A DNA stretch of 24,667 bases, from the NCBI GenBank assembly GCA_039028615.1, contig JBCCHT010000077.1, positions 1 through 24,667 of the forward strand, given 5' to 3'. Source of the stretch: Myxococcota bacterium (GTDB lineage: Bacteria > Myxococcota_A > Polyangia > Nannocystales > Nannocystaceae). Position numbers and translations under genes: made by a program. Below the pieces are notes generated by a model. The model worked only from the letters and a program-made list of their open reading frames with translations, ran no database searches and was not told where the DNA came from. Shown piece after piece: positions 24,333 through 24,667 of this stretch (positions within the stretch are counted from its first letter, which is position 1; every line of letters starts with the position of its first letter).

Positions 24333-24667
24333 TTACCTCTTTCGAGCCCGACGGGAAGTCTTTTTTGACTTCGACGAGGTCGATTTTTTCGCGGCGCCTC
24401 GTGCGGGCCGCTGCGCGGTCTTCTTGGCCGTCTTCTTCTTGGTGGCCTTCTTCTTGGTGGCCTTCTTCTTGGTCACCTTCTTGGCGGCCTTCTTCTTGGG
24501 CGCAGCCTGCTTGGCCGTCTTCTTGGCGACCTTCTTCTTGGTCGTCTTCTTCTTGGCGGCCTTCTTCTTCACCGCCTTCTTCTTGGTCTGGGCGGGGCTG
24601 GCCTCGGCTTGCGCGGGGCTGTCGTCGCTGGCCGCCGCCTCGGGCGCCCATTGCGGGTTGGCGAGCA
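24333..24667 (-). CDS. 3' end of a gene truncated by the window edge, with a histone-H1-like Lys/Ala-rich C-terminal tail
   Basis: The frame is open from the window edge: ...LANPQWAPEAAASDDSPAQAEASPAQTKKKAVKKKAAKKKTTKKKVAKK...RRARKR*. The track's 79-aa call starts at an internal GTG. Confidence 0.85.
   Translation of the reverse strand, partial: LANPQWAPEAAASDDSPAQAEASPAQTKKKAVKKKAAKKKTTKKKVAKKTAKQAAPKKKAAKKVTKKKATKKKATKKKTAKKTAQRPARGAAKKSTSSKSKKTSRRARKR
24420..24587. repeat. Degenerate coding tandem repeat (~15-nt unit CTTCTTCTTGGYGGC, encoding KKKAT/KKKAA)
   Basis: Repeated cttcttcttggtggc / cttcttcttggcggc units are directly visible. Confidence 0.8.

Noticed and set aside
24333..24572. 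Stand-alone 79-aa histone-like protein
   Set aside because: The frame is open upstream to the window edge with coding-like codons, so this is a C-terminal tail.

Overview
The window has two compositionally distinct parts. Bases ~780-24667 are GC-rich (about 70% where counted), gene-dense bacterial DNA whose content looks myxobacterial (Nannocystaceae-like; inference). In order they encode: a TonB-C-domain lipoprotein, a membrane-anchored Hanks Ser/Thr kinase, a GlxA-type AraC regulator divergent from a tandem-ABM protein, a tocopherol-cyclase-family gene divergent from an MMPL/RND transporter, two divergent lipoproteins (one a CX3CH c-type cytochrome), a 3090-aa TPR giant, an M16 peptidase, an L,D-transpeptidase, a CPBP intramembrane protease, and the 3' end of a gene with a histone-H1-like Lys-rich tail. 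Bases 1-~780 are lower in GC (37-62% in hand-counted 60-mers) and have no convincing gene. They do contain a ~220-nt fold-back (452-671) closed by an 18-bp helix whose only non-Watson-Crick pairs are G-U on the + strand, with further nested stems. This candidate structured ncRNA or ssDNA element is the most interesting signal. No CRISPR array, tRNA, rRNA, transposase or integrase was recognised. All structures were folded by eye and all protein families were called from motifs; no searches were run.
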